From an uncultured Chloroflexia bacterium (GTDB lineage: Bacteria > Chloroflexota > Dehalococcoidia > GIF9 > UBA5629), in contig CAWAQY010000021.1 of NCBI GenBank assembly GCA_963784375.1, forward strand, positions 51,093-115,092: a stretch of 64,000 nt of DNA, given 5' to 3'. Shown here one piece after another: positions 54,504 through 64,000 of the stretch (its first letter is position 1; each line of letters opens with the position of its first letter). Below the pieces are notes generated by a model, which was given only the letters and a program-made list of their open reading frames with translations, did not search any database and was not told the origin of the DNA. Position numbers and translations under genes: made by a program.

Positions 54504-57500
54504 ATGAATATAAGCAGTATTTTTCCGCTGGCTGCCGGATTAGCCTATATCCCGCTATTATGCCTCCTGGTTATAAATAATAAGTGGGAAAAAGGTCACA
54601 AGCTGTTTGCCGCATATCTGATTGCAGCAATGATATGGAGCCTCAGTGACTTTTTACTGCGCAGTGACTTCCTCGTATCCCACAAAGTAATTCTGTTCCA
54701 AATTGTTATGAGCTCTTATCTATTGGTATTAACTCAATATTACTATTTTATTAAATTTTATCTCTACGGTTCAGGCGATCTGGTAATGCGTCTTAGCTAC
54801 GCTCTGCTCATTATTTTCATCGCAGCCTGTATTCTGGGATACATTCCACAGGGTCTCACTTACCATAATGGAGAAGTCACACCTGTCTTTGGTTTATGGA
54901 TTATTGTAATCATTGTGCCACCCGCACTCATTATGACTCGACTAATATATTGTATGGTAAAGAGGTTCCGGGTTTCAGAGGACCCTACAGAACGTAATCG
55001 AATTAAATACTTTTTGGCTGGAGTTAGTTTGGTAACCTCTATGGCTTTATTAAATTTGGCGCCTATAGGTAATGCACTACCGGTGACACATATAGGCCGT
55101 ATTGCCAGTGCAGCCATCTTAACCTATGCTTTCCTGCGATATCGAATACTGGACACAAAGTTCCTGTTCCGTCGAGCATTTTTCTATTCCTTAATGCTAG
55201 GTCTTTATCTGTTCGCATATTTAGTTTGGCTTTTTCTGTTTCATCTGGGCTTCGGAATTGAGTTAAATCCATACACGTGTGTCATCATCGCCGTGCTCAC
55301 AGGGCTATCTCTCGCGGGAGTTTGGGGTAGAGCACGCTTATTCTTTACCGATAAGACGGAGGAGCTTTTTTATGGAGAAACTTATTCGCAGCGCCAGGAA
55401 CTAACCGATTTTGTGAGAGAAAAAATACGCGGCGTTTTTAGTTTACAGGAACTAAGTCAGGGATTATTGCCGCCCTTATCTAAAGTGTTGAACTGTCAAC
55501 GGGCATACATGTTAATCCCTGAAATTGGAACCGGGGATTTTGTCAGCGAGTATTCCGAGCCCCCTTTGCCCGAAGACAAGCGGTTAAGAATAGATAAAAA
55601 CAGCCCCATTATTACCTGGCTCAAGCACGAACGACGTTACTTGAATAAAGCAAGTTTGTCTATTCTGCCCGAATTTAGAAGTCTGTGGGCCGACGAAATA
55701 GGTAAAATCAACAAGTTGGACGTGGCATTGTTTTTCCCATTCATAAGCAGAGATAATCTCATTGGTATCCTGGCATTAAGTCATAAAATTTCCGGTAAAT
55801 ATTCACTCGATGAAACTAATACCGTGGAAAGTATTACAAATCAGGCAGCGATAACTCTTGAAAAGGAATACCTCCGAGCAGAAATCAAGAGACAGGAACA
55901 GGAACTATTACTCATAAACCGCCTCTCCGTGCTTATTACTTCAAGCCTGAATATTCAAGAAGTTTATGATGCTTTCGTAGCAGGGCTCAGGGAGATGATT
56001 CAGGTAGATTTTGCTACCGTAGCTTTAATTGATGGCGAAGACTTGCGATTTTCCGCTCTCTCTTCTCAGGTTGGTTCTGCCTGGAAAGTTGGAGAAACTA
56101 TCCCGCTAAAAAATACCGCTACCGAATGGGTTATAACTCACAAAAAATACCTGATGGAACCTGACCTGGAACAGGATACGACTTTTGAAACCGGAAAAGA
56201 ATTTCTTAGACGAGGAATTCGTTCAATAGTTTATTTGCCTTTAATTGTTAAAGACAATGGGATTGGCGCTCTCATCATTGGAAGTCGATCGTCAAATGCA
56301 TACCCACGTGCCCAGGTAAATCTTCTGGAGCGTCTGGCTTCTCAGATTTCAGTATCAATAGCCAATGCGCAGCTTTATTTAAAAGCGGAACAGAGGGCAC
56401 GTATAGACGAATTAACCGGCTTGTATAACCGCAGGCACTTCGATGAAACGCTTACGCATGAAATTGAGCGCCATTCGCGTTATGGCAGTATGCTCTCTTT
56501 AATTTATATTGACCTTGATAATTTTAAGAAATTTAACGACTCCAACGGCCATCTGGCTGGCGATAAAATGCTGACAAAAATTGGACACTCTATAAAGCGG
56601 GCTACCAGGAACGTTGACTTTGCTTTTCGCTATGGTGGTGATGAATTCGCAATAGTCATGCCTCATACTCCTGCCGAAGAAAGTTTGACCGCAGTCGAAA
56701 GAATAAGAAAGGAAATTGCTACCACGTATGGTGAAAACGAATTAATTACTGCCAGCATCGGCATAGCCTCCTGGCCCAGCGATGGACTGACGATAGATCA
56801 GATAATTGACGCCGCCGATAAGGCGCTTTATCATGCCAAGAGGACTGGAGGCAATAGGAGCTGCCTCGTTTCCCAGATGTTAACGTCAACCACAGATATA
56901 GAAGAGAGTAAATCTGATTTGGAAAAAGAATCATTGAATACGATTTATGCACTCGCTTCAACTATTGAAGCACGAGACCTCTATACCTATGGCCATTCTC
57001 AGAAGGTACGAACTTATGCAGTAGCCCTGGCCGAGGCCCTTGGTTTGCCTGGTTCAAAAGTAGTCAGTATCAGTCATGCAGCTCTTCTTCACGATATAGG
57101 CAAGATAGGCATTTACGATGAAGTGCTCAATAAACCAGGGAAACTTGATCCAACGGAATTCGAGTTGGTCAAGACTCATCCTCAATTGTCCCGGACTATC
57201 GTGGCTCACGTGACCAGCTTAACACCATGTTTACAGGCGATAGTCCAGCACCATGAACGTTGGGATGGCACTGGATATCCCAATAAATTAAAGGGTGAGG
57301 CTATTTCACTCGAAGGGCGAATCCTTGCTGTGGCTGATGCATTCGATGCAATGACCTCCAAACGTCCCTATCATGAACCTTTGTCTTCGAAGAAGGCGAT
57401 TCAGGAACTTAAACGGTGCGCCGGTAACCAGTTTGATCCCAAATTAGTGGAAATTTTCATACCCATTGCTCTCTCTGTTATTCCCCAGGAATCACCGTCC

Positions 57501-57545
57501 AAACAACAAAAGGACAAAAAGCAGGAGGAAATTAAATCACCTTAA
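54504..57545 (+). CDS. Membrane sensor (HisKA_7TM-like) + 2 GAF + GGDEF + HD-GYP protein
   Basis: Multi-TM N-terminus; DELTGLYNRR, RNVD I-site, RYGGDEF; GHS, LLHDIGK, HHERWDGTGYP, ADAFDAM. Confidence 0.92.
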   Translation: MNISSIFPLAAGLAYIPLLCLLVINNKWEKGHKLFAAYLIAAMIWSLSDFLLRSDFLVSHKVILFQIVMSSYLLVLTQYYYFIKFYLYGSGDLVMRLSYALLIIFIAACILGYIPQGLTYHNGEVTPVFGLWIIVIIVPPALIMTRLIYCMVKRFRVSEDPTERNRIKYFLAGVSLVTSMALLNLAPIGNALPVTHIGRIASAAILTYAFLRYRILDTKFLFRRAFFYSLMLGLYLFAYLVWLFLFHLGFGIELNPYTCVIIAVLTGLSLAGVWGRARLFFTDKTEELFYGETYSQRQELTDFVREKIRGVFSLQELSQGLLPPLSKVLNCQRAYMLIPEIGTGDFVSEYSEPPLPEDKRLRIDKNSPIITWLKHERRYLNKASLSILPEFRSLWADEIGKINKLDVALFFPFISRDNLIGILALSHKISGKYSLDETNTVESITNQAAITLEKEYLRAEIKRQEQELLLINRLSVLITSSLNIQEVYDAFVAGLREMIQVDFATVALIDGEDLRFSALSSQVGSAWKVGETIPLKNTATEWVITHKKYLMEPDLEQDTTFETGKEFLRRGIRSIVYLPLIVKDNGIGALIIGSRSSNAYPRAQVNLLERLASQISVSIANAQLYLKAEQRARIDELTGLYNRRHFDETLTHEIERHSRYGSMLSLIYIDLDNFKKFNDSNGHLAGDKMLTKIGHSIKRATRNVDFAFRYGGDEFAIVMPHTPAEESLTAVERIRKEIATTYGENELITASIGIASWPSDGLTIDQIIDAADKALYHAKRTGGNRSCLVSQMLTSTTDIEESKSDLEKESLNTIYALASTIEARDLYTYGHSQKVRTYAVALAEALGLPGSKVVSISHAALLHDIGKIGIYDEVLNKPGKLDPTEFELVKTHPQLSRTIVAHVTSLTPCLQAIVQHHERWDGTGYPNKLKGEAISLEGRILAVADAFDAMTSKRPYHEPLSSKKAIQELKRCAGNQFDPKLVEIFIPIALSVIPQESPSKQQKDKKQEEIKSP

Positions 57546-58182
57546 CCAGGGCGAATATATTACGGGATAAATAGGTCACCGGTAGTTTAAAAGACTTTTC
57601 CGGAAACATGCTGATTACGTTAAATCCTGCAGAAACCAGTGTGCTTTTTAGTTCAAGATATGAATAAAGATAATAATAACGATCAAGTGCTTTATCGTGT
57701 AATCGCCACGGTACATTTACTTCCTTGCCCTTCAGCCAGAATCCAGGTTGCCACCGGTTCCACACTGTGATTAAAGCTTCTCCCCCGGGCTTCAATACTC
57801 TTCTCAACTCTTGAAACGCGATTCTCCTCTGTCCTGCTCCTTGAATATGGTGATAGGAAGCAATAGCAATCACCCAATCGAAAGAACTATTGGAAAATGG
57901 CAAATATGAAGCATCCGCGACGGCAAAGTTGGCTTTAAACCCAAATTTTACAGCGTACTTTTGTGCCATCCCAATCATCCGTTCTGAGAAATCAATTCCG
58001 GAAAGTTCGAAACACCCTTTAAAAGGCAAGAAGTCAGGCCCATGAGCGCAACCAATATTCAGCAGAGTGCCATGCTGCCACCTTTTTGCTATCTCAGTAA
58101 GCTCCGCGGTAAAACGGCACCAATGCCGCAGGCGGTACCAGCTTTCAGCAATGTCGTTGAAGACTTCTCTGTTTGTTGACAT
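57532..58182 (-). CDS. Class I SAM methyltransferase, Trm9/ALKBH8-like
   Basis: VFNDIA, LNIGCAHG, DAS.LPF...FD..IAIASYHH...RR...EL.R.LKPGG.ALITVW, VPW, RYYYLY..EL. Confidence 0.8.
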   Translation of the reverse strand: MSTNREVFNDIAESWYRLRHWCRFTAELTEIAKRWQHGTLLNIGCAHGPDFLPFKGCFELSGIDFSERMIGMAQKYAVKFGFKANFAVADASYLPFSNSSFDWVIAIASYHHIQGAGQRRIAFQELRRVLKPGGEALITVWNRWQPGFWLKGKEVNVPWRLHDKALDRYYYLYSYLELKSTLVSAGFNVISMFPEKSFKLPVTYLSRNIFALVKVI

Positions 58183-58221
58183 ATATGGAATTTGTTACAC
58201 TCTGCTATAGAAGAACACATC

Positions 58222-59646
58222 GTGAAGAAAATATCAAGAACGATATCTGGCGTTACTCCCGTTGCGGTTATGGCCCAACCTACAGGTTGCCCTAATAACT
58301 GTGTCTATTGCCCGACTTATTCCGATGCACCCAAAAGCTATACTTCCGAATCACCGGCTGTAATCAGAGCAAAATATTGCAACTATGAGGTTAAAGGCCA
58401 GGTTGAAAAGAGACTAAAAACATTTTCCGAAATGGGTCATCCCGCAGACAAGGTCGAGCTTATTGTCATGGGAGGAACATTCCTGGCCTGTCCCGAAGAG
58501 TATCAATACCAGCTCATAAAGGACTGCTATGACGGGCTTAACGGTTGCATTTCCCGGGACTTAGATAATGCCAAGGAAATTAACGAAACTGCCGTCCACA
58601 GGTGCGTGGGGCTCTGCATTGAAACCAGGCCCGATTGGTGCCAGGAAGATCAAATCAAGAGAATGTTGGAGTTCGGTACCACCAGGGTAGAGTTGGGAGT
58701 TCAAACTCTCGATGATCGAATTTATGAGATTGTCAACCGGGGACATACGATTGACCATGTGGTGCAGGCAACCAAATTGCTCAAAGAAGCCGGGATTAAA
58801 GTCTATTATCACTGGATGCCGGGGCTTCCCGGTTCGAATCTCGAACACGACCTGGAATTATCCAGAATGCTGTTTGAAGACCAGAGATTCAGACCCGATG
58901 GGCTTAAACTTTACCCGACTCTGGTCATCGCCAATACAGAACTTCTAAACTGGTATGAGGATGGCCGCTATCAACCTTATACCAGGGATGAAACCGTAGA
59001 ATTACTGGCAAGAATTAAGTCTATTGTTCCGGAGTATGTAAGAATACCACGCGTAATGAGAGATATACCTGCCCAATTCATTGTTGCAGGTTGTAAAGAC
59101 TTGTCCTTACGAAGCTCCATCAGACAAAAAATGCTGGAGATGGGCACCACCTGCAAATGTATACGGTGCCGCGAATACGGCCACCGTCTGAGGGATGGCT
59201 GGAAAATCGGAACACCTCATTTGAAAAGGATAAATTATGAGGCTTCTGATGGGACCGAAATATTCCTTTCTTTTGAGGATGAAAGAGAGACATTATTCGG
59301 CCTGCTTCGCCTGCGGATCGGCTCTTCAACACACGATAATAGAAATATGACCATGGTCAGAGAGCTCCATGTATTCGGTTCGGAATTACCGCTCGGGACA
59401 CAGTCTGTTGATGCTGCTCAGCACAAAGGATTGGGAGGACAGTTGCTCAAGGAAGCTGAAAGGATCAGCAGGGAAGAATATCATGCCGGGAAGATAGCAA
59501 TAATCAGCGGCGTGGGTGTCAGGAATTATTTTAGCTCCGAATTCGGGTATAAACTCGAAGGAGCTTATATGGTAAAAGACCTCAAACTCAATGAGAACTC
59601 TGGTAAAGATGGCACGAGACTTGATGCCCCGGAGCCATTTCCTTAA
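58222..59646 (+). CDS. elp3: tRNA uridine(34) carboxymethyltransferase Elp3 (radical SAM + KAT)
   Basis: KKISRTISGVTPVAVM, CPNNCVYCP, MGGTF, IETRPD, VELGVQ, PDGLKLYP, RVMRDIP, CKCIRCRE, VRELHVFG, QHKGLG, ISGVGVR. Confidence 0.95.
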   Translation: MKKISRTISGVTPVAVMAQPTGCPNNCVYCPTYSDAPKSYTSESPAVIRAKYCNYEVKGQVEKRLKTFSEMGHPADKVELIVMGGTFLACPEEYQYQLIKDCYDGLNGCISRDLDNAKEINETAVHRCVGLCIETRPDWCQEDQIKRMLEFGTTRVELGVQTLDDRIYEIVNRGHTIDHVVQATKLLKEAGIKVYYHWMPGLPGSNLEHDLELSRMLFEDQRFRPDGLKLYPTLVIANTELLNWYEDGRYQPYTRDETVELLARIKSIVPEYVRIPRVMRDIPAQFIVAGCKDLSLRSSIRQKMLEMGTTCKCIRCREYGHRLRDGWKIGTPHLKRINYEASDGTEIFLSFEDERETLFGLLRLRIGSSTHDNRNMTMVRELHVFGSELPLGTQSVDAAQHKGLGGQLLKEAERISREEYHAGKIAIISGVGVRNYFSSEFGYKLEGAYMVKDLKLNENSGKDGTRLDAPEPFP

Positions 59647-60574
59647 GTTCGGGTTCGACAGTACTACAGATTGAAAGCACTTTATGGCACCGGGTATGAA
59701 AACGGCATCCGGAAGGAGGGGCCACCGGTGACGGTACGTCACCTTTTAATATAATCCTCTCCTTTTTCCCCGATTGAAGGCTCGGGACTGCTGATAACAA
59801 TGCTTCAGTATAAGGATGCAAAGGATTCTGAAAAAGCTCTTTCTTCTCCGATAGCTCTACAATCTTTCCCAGATACATTACAGCTATCCGGTGAGAAATA
59901 TATTTGATGACTGAAAGGTCGTGGGCAATAAAAATATAGGTCAGCCCGAGTTTTTGCTGGATGTCCAGCATCAAATTTAATATCTGTGCCTGGATAGAAA
60001 CATCCAGAGCGCTCACCGGTTCATCAGCAATAATCACCCTGGGATTTATTGCCAGGGCGCGCGCGATGCCTATTCGTTGCTTCTGTCCGCCGCTGAACTC
60101 ATGAGGATATAGTTCTGATTGTTTTGCTTCCAGCCCAACCTGCTCCATCAAGTCGCCAATCCGTTCATAGCGCTCTTTTTCACCGGCAATATCGTGTATT
60201 ATAAAAGCCTCCCCGATGCTGTCGCCCACTGACATCCTGGGGTCCAGCGAAGCTTCCGGATCCTGGAATATTATCTGGATACCACGCCTCAGCTCTTTTA
60301 ACCCTTTCTTATCCAAAGCACTGATATTGATTCCTTGATAAAAAATCTCGCCGCCGGTTGGGTTTTCTAATCTTACGATCGTCCGTCCTAAAGTGGATTT
60401 CCCGCATCCCGATTCGCCAACAAGACCCAGAATCTCTCCCGCATTTATTTGAAATGAAACACCGTCAACGGCTTTCACATCGCCAATGCGTTGAGAAAAA
60501 ATACCTGAGGTAACCGGATAATACTTCCTCAAATTCCTGATATCCAGGAGGGGCTTTTCTATAAAATTAATCAT
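59588..60574 (-). CDS. Oligopeptide/dipeptide ABC transporter ATPase (OppF/DppF-like)
   Basis: [36 protein letters not shown]. Confidence 0.94.
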   Translation of the reverse strand: MINFIEKPLLDIRNLRKYYPVTSGIFSQRIGDVKAVDGVSFQINAGEILGLVGESGCGKSTLGRTIVRLENPTGGEIFYQGINISALDKKGLKELRRGIQIIFQDPEASLDPRMSVGDSIGEAFIIHDIAGEKERYERIGDLMEQVGLEAKQSELYPHEFSGGQKQRIGIARALAINPRVIIADEPVSALDVSIQAQILNLMLDIQQKLGLTYIFIAHDLSVIKYISHRIAVMYLGKIVELSEKKELFQNPLHPYTEALLSAVPSLQSGKKERIILKGDVPSPVAPPSGCRFHTRCHKVLSICSTVEPELKEMAPGHQVSCHLYQSSH

Positions 60575-60591
60575 GTCTCACTAAATCTTTA

Positions 60592-61566
60592 TTAATTTTT
60601 ATGTAAATGGCAGCTAATCGAATGTTCTTCTGAAAGTGCCACTTTTTCAGGCATTATTTGACGGCAAATTTCTTTAGCCTGTAGACATCTCGGGTGGAAC
60701 GGGCATCCGGAAGGCAGGGCAGTGGGATCCGGGGTATTTCCCGGAATCGAGACCAATCTATCCCCTGATAATAAGAAATTAGGCAGACATTCAAGCAGCC
60801 CAATAGTGTAGAAATGCTTCGGATTATGTATCATCTCGGAAACGGGAGCTGTTTCCAGGTCTCTGCCTGCATAGATGATCGCAGCCCTGTCTCCAATCTC
60901 AGAGACTACCCCGAAGTCATGTGTGATAAATATCAAAGACATCTGCCTGGTTTTTTTTAATTCATTCAAAATACTCAAAATCTGGGCTTTAATAGTCACA
61001 TCTACGGCTGTAGTAGGTTCATCAGCGATTAAGAGCTTTGGATCGCAGGAAAGGCTCATGGCAATCATCGCTCTTTGCCTCATACCTCCGGATAATTGAT
61101 GAGGGTAGTTTCCCATAGCTCTCTCCGGAGAAGGAATGCCCATTTCGGAAAGTAACTGTATACATCGATTCCTGGCGGCTTTGTTATCTGATCCAAGATG
61201 AAGCTTAATTTGTTCTATTATTTGTTCTCCAATGGTAAACACGGGATTCAAAGCAGATTGAGCGTCTTGAAAAATCATTGCTATTTCTTTTCCCCGGATT
61301 CGCCTTAGTTCCGCAGGGGGACATTTAAGTAAATCCAAACCATTATAGAAAGCTGTACCACCTTCAACCTTACCTGGTGGACTCTGAACTAAACCCAGAA
61401 TGGATAAAGCGGTTACCGATTTCCCGCAACCCGATTCACCGACAAGGCAAAGACATTCCCCTTTTTTAACTTCAAAATTAACACCATCGACCGCCTTCAC
61501 TTTACCGCGCCTGGTAAAAAAGCTGGTCTTTAAGTCACTCACTTTTAAAATGCTGTTATTTTCCAT
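60592..61566 (-). CDS. Oligopeptide/dipeptide ABC transporter ATPase (OppD/DppD-like)
   Basis: [30 protein letters not shown]. Confidence 0.94.
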   Translation of the reverse strand: MENNSILKVSDLKTSFFTRRGKVKAVDGVNFEVKKGECLCLVGESGCGKSVTALSILGLVQSPPGKVEGGTAFYNGLDLLKCPPAELRRIRGKEIAMIFQDAQSALNPVFTIGEQIIEQIKLHLGSDNKAARNRCIQLLSEMGIPSPERAMGNYPHQLSGGMRQRAMIAMSLSCDPKLLIADEPTTAVDVTIKAQILSILNELKKTRQMSLIFITHDFGVVSEIGDRAAIIYAGRDLETAPVSEMIHNPKHFYTIGLLECLPNFLLSGDRLVSIPGNTPDPTALPSGCPFHPRCLQAKEICRQIMPEKVALSEEHSISCHLHKN

Positions 61567-61593
61567 GACCGTTACATTCTATTTTCTTACAGG

Positions 61594-62555
61594 TTAAATT
61601 GAGCTTTTAGGATCAAAAGCATCTCTAAGCCCATCTCCCAGGAAATTGAAGGCTAATACTGTCAAAAGAAGCATAATACCCGGCTCAACAGCCACCCACC
61701 AGGCAGTATCCAGGCTTTGCTGTCCCGATTCAAGGACTTTACCCCAGCTGGTTACCGAGGGATCCCCTAATCCGATAAAGCTCAATGCCGATTCGGCTAA
61801 AATAACCCCCGGGATCGACAGAGTCGCCATCACTATAATCAAGCTGGCAACATTGGGTATCAAATGTCTGAAAACGACTCTTTTATCGCTGGCACCAAGT
61901 GCTTTGGTCGCTGAGATAAAATCCCTGGTTCTTAGCGACAATGCTTCGCTTCTGATTAACCTGGCAGCGCCCGTCCATCCGGTTAAACCAATCATCAACA
62001 CTATCAACGCCAGGTGCGATCCGAAAATAAACACTATCAGCACCAGGAGAAGGAAAAATGGAAAGGTCATCATGATATCGGTAAATCTCATCAGTACACT
62101 ATCGGCCCATCCCCCAAGATATGCAGATGACACTCCGATAACAGTCCCTATAAACAGAGCTATCCCGGTAGGCTATTAATCCTACCAGTAATGATATCCT
62201 GGCTCCGGAAATTAACATCGCCAGCATGTCCCTCCCTTTACTATCTGTTCCCAGAGGGATGGCTCCAGACTCCATCTATTTTTTGGGCAGTAAGCTTAGC
62301 CGTTGCAATATCATAGGTTGATGACTCTGTACTGAAGCCTACCGGCGGCAAATTATTTTGTTCGAAGTTGCTCATCGTGGGGTCCAGAGTAAAAAACGGC
62401 CCTATAATTGCGAGCAAAATTAAAAACAGAACAAATCCCAGGCCGGCTATCGCCAGCTTATTTTTGCTGGTCCTTCGCCAGTAGTATTTGATCAAGCGTC
62501 CGTCACCGAACAGCCACCTGGTAATTTTCTTTAGTAATTCTGATGGTTTAATCAT
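61594..62555 (-). CDS. Oligopeptide ABC permease (OppC/DppC-like); indels
   Basis: NKLAIAGL, HP.GTD..GRD, ARLIRSEALSLR..FI.A.KALGAS, ESALSFIGLG. Confidence 0.92.
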
Positions 62556-63526
62556 ATCTGATCCTCGGGTCAAGATAGGTATACGCAATGTCGGTCACCA
62601 GATTTATTAATAGCACTAAAAACGTCCCTATAATGGTCACCGCCATAACGACAGGATAATCAGAAGCAAAAATAGCTTTAAAGGATATTTGTCCCAGCCC
62701 CGGGATACCAAAAATTATCTCCGTGAGATAAGCACCTCCGAAAACAATACTGCCCAGATCAAACATTATAATGGTGAAAAGCGGCAGTAAAGCATTACGA
62801 AAAACGTGTTTACCAATCACAGTACGTTCCGGCAGCCCTTTGGCTCTCGCTGTAGTAACAAAACCCTTTTTCAAGTTATCCAGCATGGCCGACCTGGTAT
62901 AACGTACATAGCCGGCCACCATGCCGGTGCCCAGAGTAATCACCGGCAATACAAGCGCTTTCAAGTTTTCTAAAGAAAACAACGGCAGGGTCGTGTCGTA
63001 AAACGTTTTAAACCATCCCAGTTGTACTGAAAACACCAGAATCAGCATAACTCCAAGCCAGAAATTGGGGACTGAAATGCCCAGGAAAGAGATTAATGGT
63101 GGCAGCATAATCAATCTTTGAGTATTGCCTCACAGCAGAATAAATACCGATCAAAATGCCCAGAATACCGGCGAGGACGGTGCTCAACAATACAAGCTGG
63201 AAAGAATAAATCCAGTGTTTTTTTATCAGGTCGATAACGGGCATTGAGGTGCTGAATGACCAACCCCAATCTCCCCGGAACAGGTTAATCACATAATTGC
63301 CGTACTGCTCCCAGAGTGGTTTATCCAGTCCATATCTCGCCTCAATAGCAGCCGTAATCTGGGCGACATCCTGTCCTTTTACGTTCATATTTGCCAGATA
63401 CTTATCGGCGGGAGAATTCGGCCCGATCCTTAAGAGTACGAAGGTGATAGTAACGACACCAAGCGCAATTATAATTGCGTAGATAATCCTTTTTATCAGA
63501 TAATATTTAAGCCAGCTTTTTCCCAT
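62548..63526 (-). CDS. Oligopeptide ABC permease (OppB/DppB-like); indel near 63090
   Basis: YGLDKPLWEQY, GDWGWS, PNFWLG, TARAKGL, DYPVVM, LDPRIRY. Confidence 0.93.
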
Positions 63527-63568
63527 TTTACGGCACTTACACTTTAACCCATCAAGATCAGGTAGGAA

Positions 63569-64000
63569 CTACTCAAAATACCACAAATAAGAGTTATAGC
63601 CCATATTGATGCCGGGTTCTATCCCTTTAACATTCTTCTGGAAGCCTATGTTCGACAGACGGAATACCAGAAAATCTACAGGTTGTTCTTCGGATAATAT
63701 GCGCGAAATTTCACCGTATAAAGTCCGCCTTACATTTTTATCGAGCGCTTCTTTCGATTTAATCCGGCTGAATAGCGAGTCGATCTGAGGATTTGTATAT
63801 CCGAAGAAGTTCAAACCGCCATTAGTCGTAAAGAATACACTGCTCCCTGAAGGGGCCATGATGTCAGTTCCAAAGCCCATCAAGACCAAATCCCAGGCTT
63901 CGTCGCTCACTGCTTTCGGCCCGTTGTTATCCCTTAATTCCTGGTTACTTCCGGGCTCTTTATTCATTAAATATTTCCTGACCAGGGTTTCCCAGGGGAC
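63569..64000 (-). CDS. Oligopeptide ABC substrate-binding protein, C-terminal part; starts beyond the window
   Basis: NFFGYTNPQIDSL..RRTLYGEI.RILSEEQP.DFL family-5 SBP C-terminus upstream of the permeases. Confidence 0.85.
   Translation of the reverse strand, partial: VPWETLVRKYLMNKEPGSNQELRDNNGPKAVSDEAWDLVLMGFGTDIMAPSGSSVFFTTNGGLNFFGYTNPQIDSLFSRIKSKEALDKNVRRTLYGEISRILSEEQPVDFLVFRLSNIGFQKNVKGIEPGINMGYNSYLWYFE

Overview
A gene-dense chromosomal segment from an anaerobic bacterium, most likely Chloroflexota class Dehalococcoidia. This is inferred from gene content: a Dehalococcoides-type Elp3, the COG1900/NIL-ferredoxin/UPF0280 triad, a PAC2 protein, Hdr and FN3-redoxin proteins. It holds hdrCBA (hdrA has an in-frame TGA at a conserved Cys, probably selenocysteine), tRNA-Ser(TGA), and a cluster of zinc-ribbon/TM/FN3/TlpA proteins. 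Housekeeping content includes greA-lysS-serS, speD-speE, dinB, pyrF, folC, tldD-pmbA-PAC2-HEAT-GNAT, hemW-lepA, a zinc-ribbon KaiC-like ATPase, ilvE, rpsT, rel, hisS, an archaeal-type homocysteine module, an MrfA-like helicase, ftsY-lgt and recJ. Near the end are a GH3 acyl-amide ligase next to a 7TM-GAF-GGDEF-HD-GYP receptor, a Trm9/ALKBH8-like methyltransferase head-to-head with Elp3, and an oligopeptide ABC transporter. About 20 genes, including essential ones, are broken by small indels, which points to uncorrected long-read errors rather than pseudogenes. I saw no CRISPR array, rRNA or transposase. Best candidates for undescribed biology: (1) a bacterial Elp3+Trm9 mcm5U34 pathway, (2) a GH3/7TM c-di-GMP signalling pair, (3) trans-membrane zinc-ribbon/thioredoxin proteins, (4) an unannotated CCGHPGEPGC-TGA peptide followed by a SECIS-like hairpin, (5) a Cys-rich secreted orphan. 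All family assignments come from motif recognition by eye; no database searches were run.
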